This document shows positions 1 through 9,577 of a DNA stretch of 52,292 nt, one piece after another. The stretch is from Microcystaceae cyanobacterium. GTDB lineage: Bacteria; Cyanobacteriota; Cyanobacteriia; Cyanobacteriales; Microcystaceae. The stretch spans positions 1-52,292 of the forward strand of contig JBGTGT010000016.1 in NCBI GenBank assembly GCA_041746575.1, in the 5' to 3' direction. The notes under the pieces were generated by a model that ran no database searches, was not told the origin of the DNA, and saw only the letters and a program-made list of their open reading frames with translations. Position 1 is the first letter of the stretch; every line of letters starts with the position of its first letter. The translations under genes were made by a program, and so were the position numbers.

Positions 1-184
1 TATTCCTCAGAAATGAATCTGATTGAAGCAGAATGGCATCAAATAAAAACACATGAACTGGCTGGTCGGATTTTTGAAGACGAATATGATTTGGCGATCA
101 CTGTAATCGAGAGTGTAGAAACTCGCGCACAACGATCGCAACATACTACAGAACGTTTTCTATTTAATTCTGCCTAGCTACTTA
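1..184 (+). mobile_element. 3' end of an IS630-family element (transposase tail 1..177 plus right end)
   Basis: Frame +1 reads YSSEMNLIEAEWHQIKTHELAGRIFEDEYDLA...FLFNSA* (TAG 175-177). This resembles the IS630 YSPELNPIExxW motif carrying the DDE glutamate. It is followed by CTACTTA ending in TA (183-184), the IS630 target dinucleotide. Confidence 0.85.
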
Positions 185-581
185 GCTCTTCTCCTGTCAT
201 ATACTTTGTTTCATTAGCAAAAGCGTAATATTCGGGTTTTTCTTCAATAAACACCTGAAGATCGAAAACAAGACCTTCATCGTTATCAAAAATTCCCACC
301 GGTATGTAGTAGTGGTTATTGTTTTTTAATCTATAAAATAAATGGCTACCACACTTATTACAAAATCCACGCTCTGCCCATTCTGAAGAGGCGTAAACAC
401 TGATATTTTCTTCACCCTCAAAATTGACCTCGCTATCACACTCAACCGCCAACAAAGCTCCTCCGCCCCACTTACGACACATATTACAATGACACGCCCC
501 CAGATGACGATTCATACTAGCTGTGGAAAGGCTTACCGCTCCGCAGAGACATTTACCTTTGGCAACGTTGGCTTCAGACAT
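174..581 (-). CDS. GFA family (glutathione-dependent formaldehyde-activating / CENP-V-like) Zn protein, C-terminus supplied by the IS end
   Basis: Motifs GKCLCGAV, ACHCNMCRKW and RGFCNKCGSHLF. Confidence 0.9.
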   Translation of the reverse strand: MSEANVAKGKCLCGAVSLSTASMNRHLGACHCNMCRKWGGGALLAVECDSEVNFEGEENISVYASSEWAERGFCNKCGSHLFYRLKNNNHYYIPVGIFDNDEGLVFDLQVFIEEKPEYYAFANETKYMTGEELSS

Positions 582-728
582 CTTCTTTGTTCCTCTAATC
601 GGTTGAGATTGTTATCTGTCTTGATTGAGTAATAAATCAATAAGCTTTGCTAAACACTAAATCCATTCTAATATCTTAATCCGGATCTCCCAACATAATG
701 GGGACAACTATATCGTAGATTGCCCTTT

Positions 729-796
729 GGGTTAACGTCGTTAACCCCTACATTATCTAATCAATCATTTTTGGTAGGGGCGAATGCCGCTCGCCC
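729..796. repeat. Pair of GTAG-type REP-like hairpins
   Basis: GGGTTAACGTCGTTAACCCCTAC (729-751) and GTAGGGGCGAATGCCGCTCGCCC (774-796), in opposite orientations. Confidence 0.6.
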
Positions 797-804
797 ATTA
801 ATCA

Positions 805-3369
805 CTATAACCAAGCACTTACATCAATCTTTAAAGTCTGTCCTAAGCCTAAGATAGGTAGAACTTGAGAAGGTGTCCAACGACAATCCTTAGCATTTTC
901 ATCGCTCTTTTCTAAGTGATCAGGAATAATTTGCTGCTTTATCTCGAAATAATAGAATTCCTGCATCCGATCTAAGCATAACCCTAGGTTCAACTGTTGA
1001 GCGACTTGAATCAATTGCTGGATTTGTTGAATCTCTTTTTCTAAAGATTCTGGACTAATAACATCTAGAAGATGTTTTAACTTAGAAAAAACAAGATTTT
1101 CTAAGGTAGGTTTCGCTTCAGGTACAGTTAACTCACATTTAAAAGCACTGGCTTCTGTGGCGATCGCTTCTAACTCGGCCATCTGAGACGCTAAATCATT
1201 CTTGTTATCTACCAAAGTTTCAATTGCCCCTGCTAAACGGTGAGAAATGGCAATTTCTGCGGCCACCTGTAGCTCTTTTGGCACGGGTAACTCATCCCGT
1301 TGAAAAGCAGCTAGAATACCGTAATTATCCCGATACACTTGGGTATAAAGCTGATCTAACCGTTGCTTAGTGGTATGGGTGACCTGTTGCATAATACGGT
1401 GGCGTTCTTCCGCAAATAGGTGTTGCAAGTCGAAAGAACGACGATCAAAGACCTCAGTGAGCGTCACAATTATTTGGGCGATACTGGCCTGCTTTAACGC
1501 CGCAAATAGCTGCTCTTTAAGTTGACCATAATGTCCTCGTCCTTGATACATTTGAAGACAACAATGGAAGTCCCATCCCCCAATATGAAGAACGCCGAAG
1601 ACGTAGTGAACTTCTTCCCATGTAATCGTCGAAACAAGTCGAACTTGACCCACTGCCAAGGTCAACGACCCCATTTGTTGTTTCTGGTAATCCAATTGTT
1701 CGGCTTCATAACAGTACACCCGTTGCTGAGGTTCATAGGTGATAAATAAGGAATTAAGGGCATAATGGGCGGCTACCTGTTCAAAACCAATTTGGGCGGG
1801 AATGACCAACTTTTGAAACACCTGTTCTCCATCTTTAAATTCCAGCACATTGCTAGGAGCAAAGGCAAGACGGTCAATAAATTCCCGTTGAAGCTGAACG
1901 CCTGCAATTTCTCCTGCTAATTCAACGGCACGCGCCGCGTAGCGCAGAATTTGTGTTCCTTCTGGTCGCGAGAGTTCTTCAAAAAACCAACCGCAACTGG
2001 TAAACATCAATAAACTGTGACGCTGCATTTCCAGCAAACGTAACGCATCGATTTGTTCGGCAGGGGAAAGGGGATGACGTTGATGACGGGTCAAAAATTC
2101 AGTCACATTTTCCACTGAACGGTCTAAAATCACGCTAATGTACTGATCTCGCGCTAACCAAGGATCAGTAAAAAGGGGTGTGGCCGCCGTTTCATAAACC
2201 TCAATCAAGGCATCTCTGAGCCAATTCAAGCTATCCCGTAGGGGTTTACGCCATTTTTGATGCCATTCTCCTCCCCCGCCGCAACCACAGTCATATTGCC
2301 AACGATCAACCCCGTGGGCGCAACTCCAAGCAGTGACGGGTTTTAACTCTACTTCCCATTTTGGCGGAAATAAACTGAGATAATGGGCGTAATTTGTCAC
2401 TGTCCAACCATTTTGGGGAAAAGTATGCGTAAAGGCGTAAGCCAGACATTTTTCCGTCCCTCCTTTGTGGTGGCCGAAGGTTTCCCCATCAGTAGCCACG
2501 CTGATTAACTGGGAAGGACGATGATCCCCTTTCACGGCCTGTCCTAAACGTCCTACAAAGTGATCCACATGGCTTAACACTTCTCCAAAGCCCATATCCC
2601 GCGAAATTGGACCATCGTAAATAAAAATATCAATATAACGCCCATCTTCGCTAAAACAGCGATAGGGACGGGTGGGATCGATCTGTCCGCCGCCGACTTC
2701 TAACCATTTGGGATCGGGATCTTGCTTATTCGCAAAGGGACGACAGCGTTCTACTTGAGACGGGGCTAAGATAATAAACTTAATTTCTTCATCAATTAAG
2801 GCGTCAATCGTTGCTTGATCGACTGCCGTTTCTGCTAGCCACATTCCTTCAGGTTTCCGACCAAAACGGCTTTGAAAATCGGCTTTTCCCCAACGAATTT
2901 GGGTGTACTTATCCTGTTGATTGGCTAGGGGTAAAATAATGTGGTTATATACTTGAGCGATCGCATTGCCATGACCATTTAAGCGTTGACAACTGAGGCG
3001 ATCAGCTTCAATTATTCGTTGATAAACATCGAGGTCATAATGGGCCAACCATGACATTAAAGTGGGGCCAATATTAAAGCTTAAGTATTCAAAATTATTG
3101 ACAATTTTGATGACTTCATTATCTCCATTGACAATACGGGCAAAGGCATTCGGGCGATAACACTCCGTGTAGATTCTTTCGTTCCAGTCATGGGCAGGAT
3201 AGGCGCTGGGCTGACGTTCAATTGTGTCCAAATAGGGGTTTTCTCTTGGCGGTTGATAGAAATGCCCATGAACCGTTACATAAATCCCTGTGGCACGGTG
3301 GGGCGCAAAATCAGGGCTTTGGATAGGAGTTTCTGTGAAATTTTGAGTCGGCTCAATGGTATAAGTCAT
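805..3369 (-). CDS. Glycoside hydrolase family 57 protein with DUF3536 domain
   Basis: Motifs HGHFYQPPRENP, GMWLAETAVD, ATDGETFGHH and TSCGWFF; 854 aa. Confidence 0.9.
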   Translation of the reverse strand: MTYTIEPTQNFTETPIQSPDFAPHRATGIYVTVHGHFYQPPRENPYLDTIERQPSAYPAHDWNERIYTECYRPNAFARIVNGDNEVIKIVNNFEYLSFNIGPTLMSWLAHYDLDVYQRIIEADRLSCQRLNGHGNAIAQVYNHIILPLANQQDKYTQIRWGKADFQSRFGRKPEGMWLAETAVDQATIDALIDEEIKFIILAPSQVERCRPFANKQDPDPKWLEVGGGQIDPTRPYRCFSEDGRYIDIFIYDGPISRDMGFGEVLSHVDHFVGRLGQAVKGDHRPSQLISVATDGETFGHHKGGTEKCLAYAFTHTFPQNGWTVTNYAHYLSLFPPKWEVELKPVTAWSCAHGVDRWQYDCGCGGGGEWHQKWRKPLRDSLNWLRDALIEVYETAATPLFTDPWLARDQYISVILDRSVENVTEFLTRHQRHPLSPAEQIDALRLLEMQRHSLLMFTSCGWFFEELSRPEGTQILRYAARAVELAGEIAGVQLQREFIDRLAFAPSNVLEFKDGEQVFQKLVIPAQIGFEQVAAHYALNSLFITYEPQQRVYCYEAEQLDYQKQQMGSLTLAVGQVRLVSTITWEEVHYVFGVLHIGGWDFHCCLQMYQGRGHYGQLKEQLFAALKQASIAQIIVTLTEVFDRRSFDLQHLFAEERHRIMQQVTHTTKQRLDQLYTQVYRDNYGILAAFQRDELPVPKELQVAAEIAISHRLAGAIETLVDNKNDLASQMAELEAIATEASAFKCELTVPEAKPTLENLVFSKLKHLLDVISPESLEKEIQQIQQLIQVAQQLNLGLCLDRMQEFYYFEIKQQIIPDHLEKSDENAKDCRWTPSQVLPILGLGQTLKIDVSAWL

Positions 3370-3756
3370 TAGGCAATTACGTTAGTTGGCATACATTTGA
3401 ACATTTTGCGTAACGGCTAAACCGCTAATTCCTAAAAGTCGCTGGAATTCTTTAAAAATAACTAAGCTTTTAAATCGTTAAGGATTTGATAAGTTATTCT
3501 TTAGGATGGTTTAATTGATCGTTATCAATAAGTAATATTTTTTTCCTTTTTATTATATAGCATAATTTTTGTCAAGTTTTGCATATATTTGATTCATTCT
3601 CGTTAAGAAACGTTAAATGTCAGGAAATTTTTATATAAGTCTTGACCCGTCAATTTCGTCCACCTTATCATTAAATAAGCATGCTTAAACCCCAAGGAAT
3701 AAGACTAAATTACTAAGTTACAATAGAAGGTGTCCTGAGCCAAGCAATGATTAATG

Positions 3757-4306
3757 ATGATTGCTAATTCTGATAATATTTAGCTAAATTCTGATGAATA
3801 TTTGAGTTTTGAAGAAAAAAGCGATATTAAACACGAATATCGTCAGCGAGCAGTCTATGCCATGGCTAGTGTAAGCAATAATCATGTCTTAATTGCCCTA
3901 AATATGGCAACCCTTTTAAGAACTTATTTACGAGGCAAAGGGTGTTTAACCTATATTTCTGATACCAAAGTAAAAATTGAATCGCTTCAAACTTATTACT
4001 ATCCTGATGTAGCAGTTAGTTATGATGAAAAAGATCGCAATTTAACTCAATATATTTGTCATTTCTGTCTAAATTATTGAAGTTTTGTCTGACAGTACAG
4101 AAGCATTCGATAGAGGGGATAAATTTTACGTTCTAATCAGTCAAAAGACTAAGCGGCTCGATAATTTTTATAAAAATGAACAAGGGCAATGCGTACTATC
4201 TTTTTATAATGAGAACGATCAGTTAATCTTAAATACTTTTGAATTTTCCTGCTTAGTTGCAGATATTTACGAAGACGTTACCCTGATGCCTACAACAAGG
4301 GATTGA
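3757..4306 (+). pseudogene. Uma2-family (PD-(D/E)XK) endonuclease pseudogene
   Basis: ATG 3757, in-frame TAG 3781-3783, then EYLSFEEKSDIKHEY...YYYPDVAV. A frameshift near 4070 leads to IIEVLSDSTEAFDRGDKF, followed directly by YVLISQ with the usual intervening segment apparently missing. Confidence 0.85.
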
Positions 4307-4594
4307 AGTTAATTTAACATTGAATTAATGAGGGTCAATCAACTTAAAAAAGATAACTTATCTCTTAAATTCTCGCTCAAGGTCACTTAACCTAGTGAGC
4401 GATCGCTAATGACCTTTATACTGAATCCTAAAAAATTTTCTTAAAAATCATTCTGAAGTCGTAAAACAGATTAAGTCATTAGGCAGATCATATCAAAGAA
4501 ACATTAAGATTCTTTACAAATGCTAAAGAAAAAAAAATATTTTTAAAAGTTATGTTAATTATTAAGATGTTCCCTTACCCTATAATAGTGAAAG

Positions 4595-5514
4595 ATGAAC
4601 TTAAAAGACTTAATACTACATATTTCTCAATATTCTCTTTTTGCTTTAACCGGATTAGTATTTTGTCAGGGGAGAATGGCGCAGGCGGCGACTTTGATTG
4701 ACACCTTTGAGGACGTTTTGGGGACTCAACAAGCCATTCAACGAGGGGGCGGTGGTAAAGTGGCGATTGTTGAACAACCCGGTACAACGGCCAGCAGTTT
4801 TAGTAACGTAATCGGTGGACATCGGGATCTATGGTTACAAGCTGTTTCTGGAACGACAAACTCTGTAACTCGGACGGCACCGCCGCTGTCGATAACGGAA
4901 TCTTGAGTTTTTCCAACGGAACAGGGGTTCGGTCTTGGGTTAACGTGACTTGGGATGGCAATGATCCTTATGCGGCGAATAGTGCTAACCCCTCTTCTTT
5001 GGGTACACCCACCAGTCCGGGCAATTTTGCCAATACAGCCAATGACCTCAGAAGGGTTCAACGGAGTGGGTTAGGGACTCAAGACTTGACCAATAGCGGA
5101 CAATTTAACTCGTTGGCGATTGAAGTTTTGATGGCGGATTTGGGTCTGGACATTCAAATGACGGTCTATGACACAAATGGTACAGGGATTTCGACAGCGA
5201 CCTATAATATTTCATCTGCAGGAATTAGTGAACCTACCATTATCTACTTTCCCTTTGATGCTCTTGCCGCTAGTTTGTTACCTGCAGCTCGTCCTAGGGC
5301 TATTTTTAGCGGAAATGCTCGGTTTACCAACGTGGGTGCTATTAACTTAACGCTCAAAGCGACTCGCACTGACGTAGATGCCCAAATTGAGCTTCTTAGA
5401 CCTGCCAATACCCAAGAAACAATCCCAGAGCCATCGGTTTCTTTATTCACCTTTTTAGGCGTGGCGGGTTTCGCTTGGTTGTCCCACAATCATGCTCGCT
5501 TTACGAAAAAATAA
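4595..5514 (+). pseudogene. PEP-CTERM sorting-domain exported protein, split by a frameshift
   Basis: ORF 4595..4906 has a signal peptide (..MAQA|AT). Overlapping ORF 4831..5514 ends IPEPS + hydrophobic helix + basic tail. One added base near 4877 would give a single 306-aa protein. Confidence 0.75.
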
Positions 5515-5543
5515 AGTCGAAATTTTAGGTCACGTTCTCGTCA

Positions 5544-5569
5544 GGGCTGAACAATGTTCAGTCTTTTTT
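5544..5569 (+). terminator. Rho-independent terminator after the PEP-CTERM gene
   Basis: GGGCTGAACA-A-TGTTCAGTC followed by a T run. Confidence 0.7.
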
Positions 5570-5662
5570 AGAATTTCATAACGTTTAAATATCTTTTTCG
5601 ATTCTTCACTCTCGAAAATCTAGATTATTTTGTAATGTTATATTCAGTAGGCGAAGAACAAC

Positions 5663-6067
5663 TTATGACTGATTACTGTGAATTGTCGCTTGAATTTGAG
5701 CAACAAATGATTCATGGTCGACCACTGGCTTAGAGATATAACCATCTGCGCCACTAGCCTTCAAAAATCGCTCTTTATCTCCTTCCATTGCGTGCGCTGT
5801 TACTAAGATAATGGGGAGTTGCTGGGTTTCGGGCTTAGACTTTAGGATTTGGGTAATCTTAATACCATCTACTGACTTTCCTTCATACAGACTATTCCCT
5901 AAGGAAACATCCATTAAAATAATGTCAATTTCTTTTGCTTGAGCCAATCTTATTACTTCTTCCACATCCTCTGTTCTTTTAACGTCCATTCCTCCCCGTT
6001 TAGTCAGAATTTTTGCAAAAACTCGATAATTCATGGGATCATCTTCCACAATTAATACCCTTTTCAT
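5663..6067 (-). CDS. Single-domain response regulator (CheY/DivK-like)
   Basis: Motifs VLIVEDD, IILMDV, VTAHAMEGD and GYISKP. Confidence 0.9.
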   Translation of the reverse strand: MKRVLIVEDDPMNYRVFAKILTKRGGMDVKRTEDVEEVIRLAQAKEIDIILMDVSLGNSLYEGKSVDGIKITQILKSKPETQQLPIILVTAHAMEGDKERFLKASGADGYISKPVVDHESFVAQIQATIHSNQS

Positions 6068-6195
6068 CCAAAGAACTCCTATTGCTTGTCCGTTAAGTTT
6101 TGAGAGATAGCAATTATCCGTGAGCCGTCAACAGTAATCAAGATTTATTATTCATCATTTATAATTAATAACTTACCATTTTATTGATCAGCTTC

Positions 6196-6735
6196 ATGTC
6201 CCAGACGATTATTGAAATTTTGTCTTCCGAAGAAATCCGCCGTACCCTCACCCGTTTAGCCTCTCAAGTCATTGAAAAGTCGGGTGATTTGTCCCATTTA
6301 GTTTTACTAGGAATCTATACCAGAGGTGTCCCCTTAGCAGAATTGTTAGCCAACCAAATTGAAATTTTAGAAAATATTCCGATTCCTGTCGGTGCGATCG
6401 ATGTAACCTTTTATCGAGATGATTTGGATCGGATTAAAACTCGTACTCCAGCCAAATCTAAAATTCCCCTTGATTTAACGGGAAAGACAGTCATCCTAGT
6501 CGATGATGTGATCTACAAAGGCCGAACCATTAGAGCGGCTTTAAACGCCGTTACAGAGTATGGCCGTCCTCAAGTGATTCGTTTACTGGTTTTAGTAGAT
6601 AGAGGTCACCGAGAATTACCCATTCATCCTGATTTTATCGGAAAAACGCTACCCACTGCTTCTGAAGAACAGGTGAAAGTCTATTTAGACACTACGGATG
6701 GACGGGATGCCGTAGAATTAATTAAGTCCAGCTAA
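6196..6735 (+). CDS. pyrR: Bifunctional pyr regulator / uracil phosphoribosyltransferase
   Basis: Motifs [27 protein letters not shown] and [15 protein letters not shown] 6196 preferred as start. Confidence 0.95.
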   Translation: MSQTIIEILSSEEIRRTLTRLASQVIEKSGDLSHLVLLGIYTRGVPLAELLANQIEILENIPIPVGAIDVTFYRDDLDRIKTRTPAKSKIPLDLTGKTVILVDDVIYKGRTIRAALNAVTEYGRPQVIRLLVLVDRGHRELPIHPDFIGKTLPTASEEQVKVYLDTTDGRDAVELIKSS

Positions 6736-6771
6736 AATTGACCATTTGTCCTCATTTTTTACGCCTGTACC

Positions 6772-7794
6772 ATGTCTTCTCAAAAACCTTCAAACACCCT
6801 TGGTTTATCAGATTTACATCGTCATTTAGATGCCTTAGAAAAAGAACATCAATGGTTACTCAAACAAATTAAAAGAAAACAAACTGAACTGAATAATTTT
6901 GTTGAACAGATGCGTTCTTTGGCAACGGAAGTTTTTCAGAAAGGTTCACCGTTGTTTAACAAAATGACCACCTTAAACGAAGAAATTCATGGATTATTTG
7001 TCGAGGTATTAAGTCGTCCTAAATTAGGTAAAAAAGCTCGCAAAGATATCGAGAAAATTTACCAAAACTTACAAATGACAGGAATTATTAGTCCTATTCT
7101 TTCCGAGGAAGAGGAAACAGCAGACGAAGACTTAGATGATTTATTTGAAGAGCATGAACAAGAAGAAAGATCAGATTATTTTAGCTCGGATTATGACGAA
7201 AATGAAGCCCCTTACCCCCGCACTCGAGAAGAAACAAGGCAAATTCGCAAAACATTTTTAAAACTCGCAGAAATTTTTCATCCTGATAAAGTGACTGACG
7301 CTGAAACGCAAATGCGCCACGAAGAAGTAATGAAGGAAATTAATAAAGCTTATCAAGATGGCGATATGGCTAAATTACTAGAAATCGAGCAAAAATATCA
7401 AGCAGGACAGGTTATTGATATTAACAGCACCGATGATTTGACCCGTCATTGTGAACAGCTTAATCAACATAATGTATTATTAAAAAACCAATATGATACC
7501 TTATTAGATGAATTAAAATGGGTAAAACGGAGTCCAGAAGGAGCGATGGTATCTGACTATCGTAAAGCGAAAAAAGAAGGGGGGAATTTAATTGAACAAA
7601 TGCTAGAAGAGACTGAAGAAGAAATTAAAGTAGTTGAAGAAATTCGAGATTTTGTTAAGAATTTTCGAGACAAAAAAATTACCCTAAAAGCGTTTCTCAA
7701 AGGTCCAGAATCTATCGAAGATGAGGCAGAAGATTTGATGGATATATTACTCTCGGAATATTTTGATGCTCCTATCAGGGTGATTCGATTTTAA
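6772..7794 (+). CDS. Coiled-coil protein with an internal J-domain
   Basis: IRKTFLKLAEIFHPDK...MKEINKAY (HPD motif), with an acidic linker and helical flanks. Confidence 0.75.
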   Translation: MSSQKPSNTLGLSDLHRHLDALEKEHQWLLKQIKRKQTELNNFVEQMRSLATEVFQKGSPLFNKMTTLNEEIHGLFVEVLSRPKLGKKARKDIEKIYQNLQMTGIISPILSEEEETADEDLDDLFEEHEQEERSDYFSSDYDENEAPYPRTREETRQIRKTFLKLAEIFHPDKVTDAETQMRHEEVMKEINKAYQDGDMAKLLEIEQKYQAGQVIDINSTDDLTRHCEQLNQHNVLLKNQYDTLLDELKWVKRSPEGAMVSDYRKAKKEGGNLIEQMLEETEEEIKVVEEIRDFVKNFRDKKITLKAFLKGPESIEDEAEDLMDILLSEYFDAPIRVIRF

Positions 7795-7807
7795 ACAAAT
7801 TAACGAC

Positions 7808-9433
7808 TTAAAAATTGATTTTATCGGTCAATTTCTCTAATTTTTTTGCGCCAATTCCTGATACTCGTTGTAAGTCTTCGGGAGACGTAAAGGGTTGTTT
7901 TTGTCGTTCAATGATGATAGCTTGAGCGAGTTTTTTGCCAACGCCGGGTAAGCTTTCTAGTTGTTCTAGAGAAGCTGTATTAATATTAATCTTTTCAGTG
8001 CCTTTCAGCGATTTTGGTGAGGCAATTAGGTTACATTTTTGGCTCTGTTCTGTGATTTTTTTTTGTAAATAATTCGGTAATCCTAAATGCGCTGTTTTAT
8101 ATAACTGCTCAAATTCGCTTAGGTAATGTTTCGCGATTAAAGGACTATCAATAATTAGGAGCGTTTCATCATTGTTAAAATTTGCCGCATTTGACCAATT
8201 ATGGGAGCCTGTAATCACTATTTTTTGATCAATAATACCAAATTTATGATGGAGTTTATCCCCTTTCGGTAAATCGGGAATTCCGACTGTTATTAAAGGA
8301 GTTTCCCACGGATGATTATCGATTTCATAGCGACAATTATCAGGCAAAGCAACGCCTAACATATCCAATCCTTCACTATAAAAACGAAAGGCAAATTCAG
8401 GATCAATTAATGTGCGAATTTTAACGTTTTTTTGTGACTCTAACCTTAAACTATCAGCTAACTTTTGCTCACTAAAAACAAATAATGCTAAATCAATAAA
8501 ATTTTTCGCTTTATTTAACTGTTGATCAATTAAACCATTACTGGTCATTTCCCAAGGCGTTATCGAGGAACTAGGTGAAAACTTGACGGTAATAGGAATG
8601 TGATTGATGATCACCGTTTTAGCCGGTCTTTCGGGTTTATGAATACCAAAGCGACTATCAGGATTTTGACCCACACCATCCCCCCACATAATCTCAAATT
8701 CTTCTGTAAATAATTGGGCAAATTCTGGCGATTTTATACGTAAAACATTATTAGTATTTCCCCTTGTATTAAGATTGGTGAAATCACCATGAATACCACT
8801 TTGCGTTAGATTGGCAGAACCTGTAATTACGGTTTTATGATCAATAATCATAAATTTATGGTGCATTAATCCTGTACCTCTGGTTCTATCTTCTGTATCG
8901 TCGATCAGAGGAACATTAGCATTTTTCAGAATAACTAAAGCATCCCGATCTTGTAACTCTTTAGGACTTAGGTTGCCATTATTATTGACATCAACAAATT
9001 TTTTATAATCCTCGTAAGCACTTCGATCCCTTTCACTCAACTGAGAGATATCTAAATTTTGTTTTTCTCCCCATGTTTGATTATAAATATTTTCCAGAAT
9101 GATTCTAACTGTAACCCCTGATTGCTGTTTTTTGACTAACGCTTTGGCAATATTGGGTAACCGTAATTCTTGAACTGCCAAATCAATGGAAAATTGAGCA
9201 GATTGAATTCCTTCTAGATAAATTTGCTCTAAATTATCCCCTGAGCGGGTAAGATGACGATAGGGTTCTTTATATTTTGACCCCCTAGCAGTGGGATGAT
9301 TAAAATAAACTTGAACGGCTTCATCTTGGGGGAACACTTTTTGTGAAGGGGTTGTTCCTTTTCCTAAATAAAAAACGCTCAAAAAAATGAGAATCAATAA
9401 TAGTAAAAAGAACAAAATTATCTTTTTCGTCAT
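7808..9433 (-). CDS. comA: Competence protein: phospholipase D-like nuclease domains plus ComEA helix-hairpin-helix
   Basis: Two HKD motifs (HHKFMIID, HHKFGIID), an N-terminal membrane anchor and C-terminal ININTAS..LPGVG..VSGIG. Confidence 0.85.
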   Translation of the reverse strand: MTKKIILFFLLLLILIFLSVFYLGKGTTPSQKVFPQDEAVQVYFNHPTARGSKYKEPYRHLTRSGDNLEQIYLEGIQSAQFSIDLAVQELRLPNIAKALVKKQQSGVTVRIILENIYNQTWGEKQNLDISQLSERDRSAYEDYKKFVDVNNNGNLSPKELQDRDALVILKNANVPLIDDTEDRTRGTGLMHHKFMIIDHKTVITGSANLTQSGIHGDFTNLNTRGNTNNVLRIKSPEFAQLFTEEFEIMWGDGVGQNPDSRFGIHKPERPAKTVIINHIPITVKFSPSSSITPWEMTSNGLIDQQLNKAKNFIDLALFVFSEQKLADSLRLESQKNVKIRTLIDPEFAFRFYSEGLDMLGVALPDNCRYEIDNHPWETPLITVGIPDLPKGDKLHHKFGIIDQKIVITGSHNWSNAANFNNDETLLIIDSPLIAKHYLSEFEQLYKTAHLGLPNYLQKKITEQSQKCNLIASPKSLKGTEKININTASLEQLESLPGVGKKLAQAIIIERQKQPFTSPEDLQRVSGIGAKKLEKLTDKINF

Positions 9434-9577
9434 ATAGCTCAAATAAAATCTTTATCTTTTTATTTTAATCCTTTACTCTTATTTATCCCTCTTTTCTTTT
9501 ATATTTATTTACCTTCCTTACAAATCACGGTAAACTGAAGACATGGGTTAATCATTTTAGGATTTATATTCAAGATT

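Noticed and set aside
3381..3394. NtcA-like GTA-N8-AAC just upstream of the GH57 start (minus strand)
   Set aside because: A six-base match is expected many times by chance, and there is no room for a properly spaced -10 box before the ATG.
4831..4906. Programmed -1 ribosomal frameshift in the PEP-CTERM gene
   Set aside because: No X-XXY-YYZ slippery site or clear stimulatory structure in the overlap.
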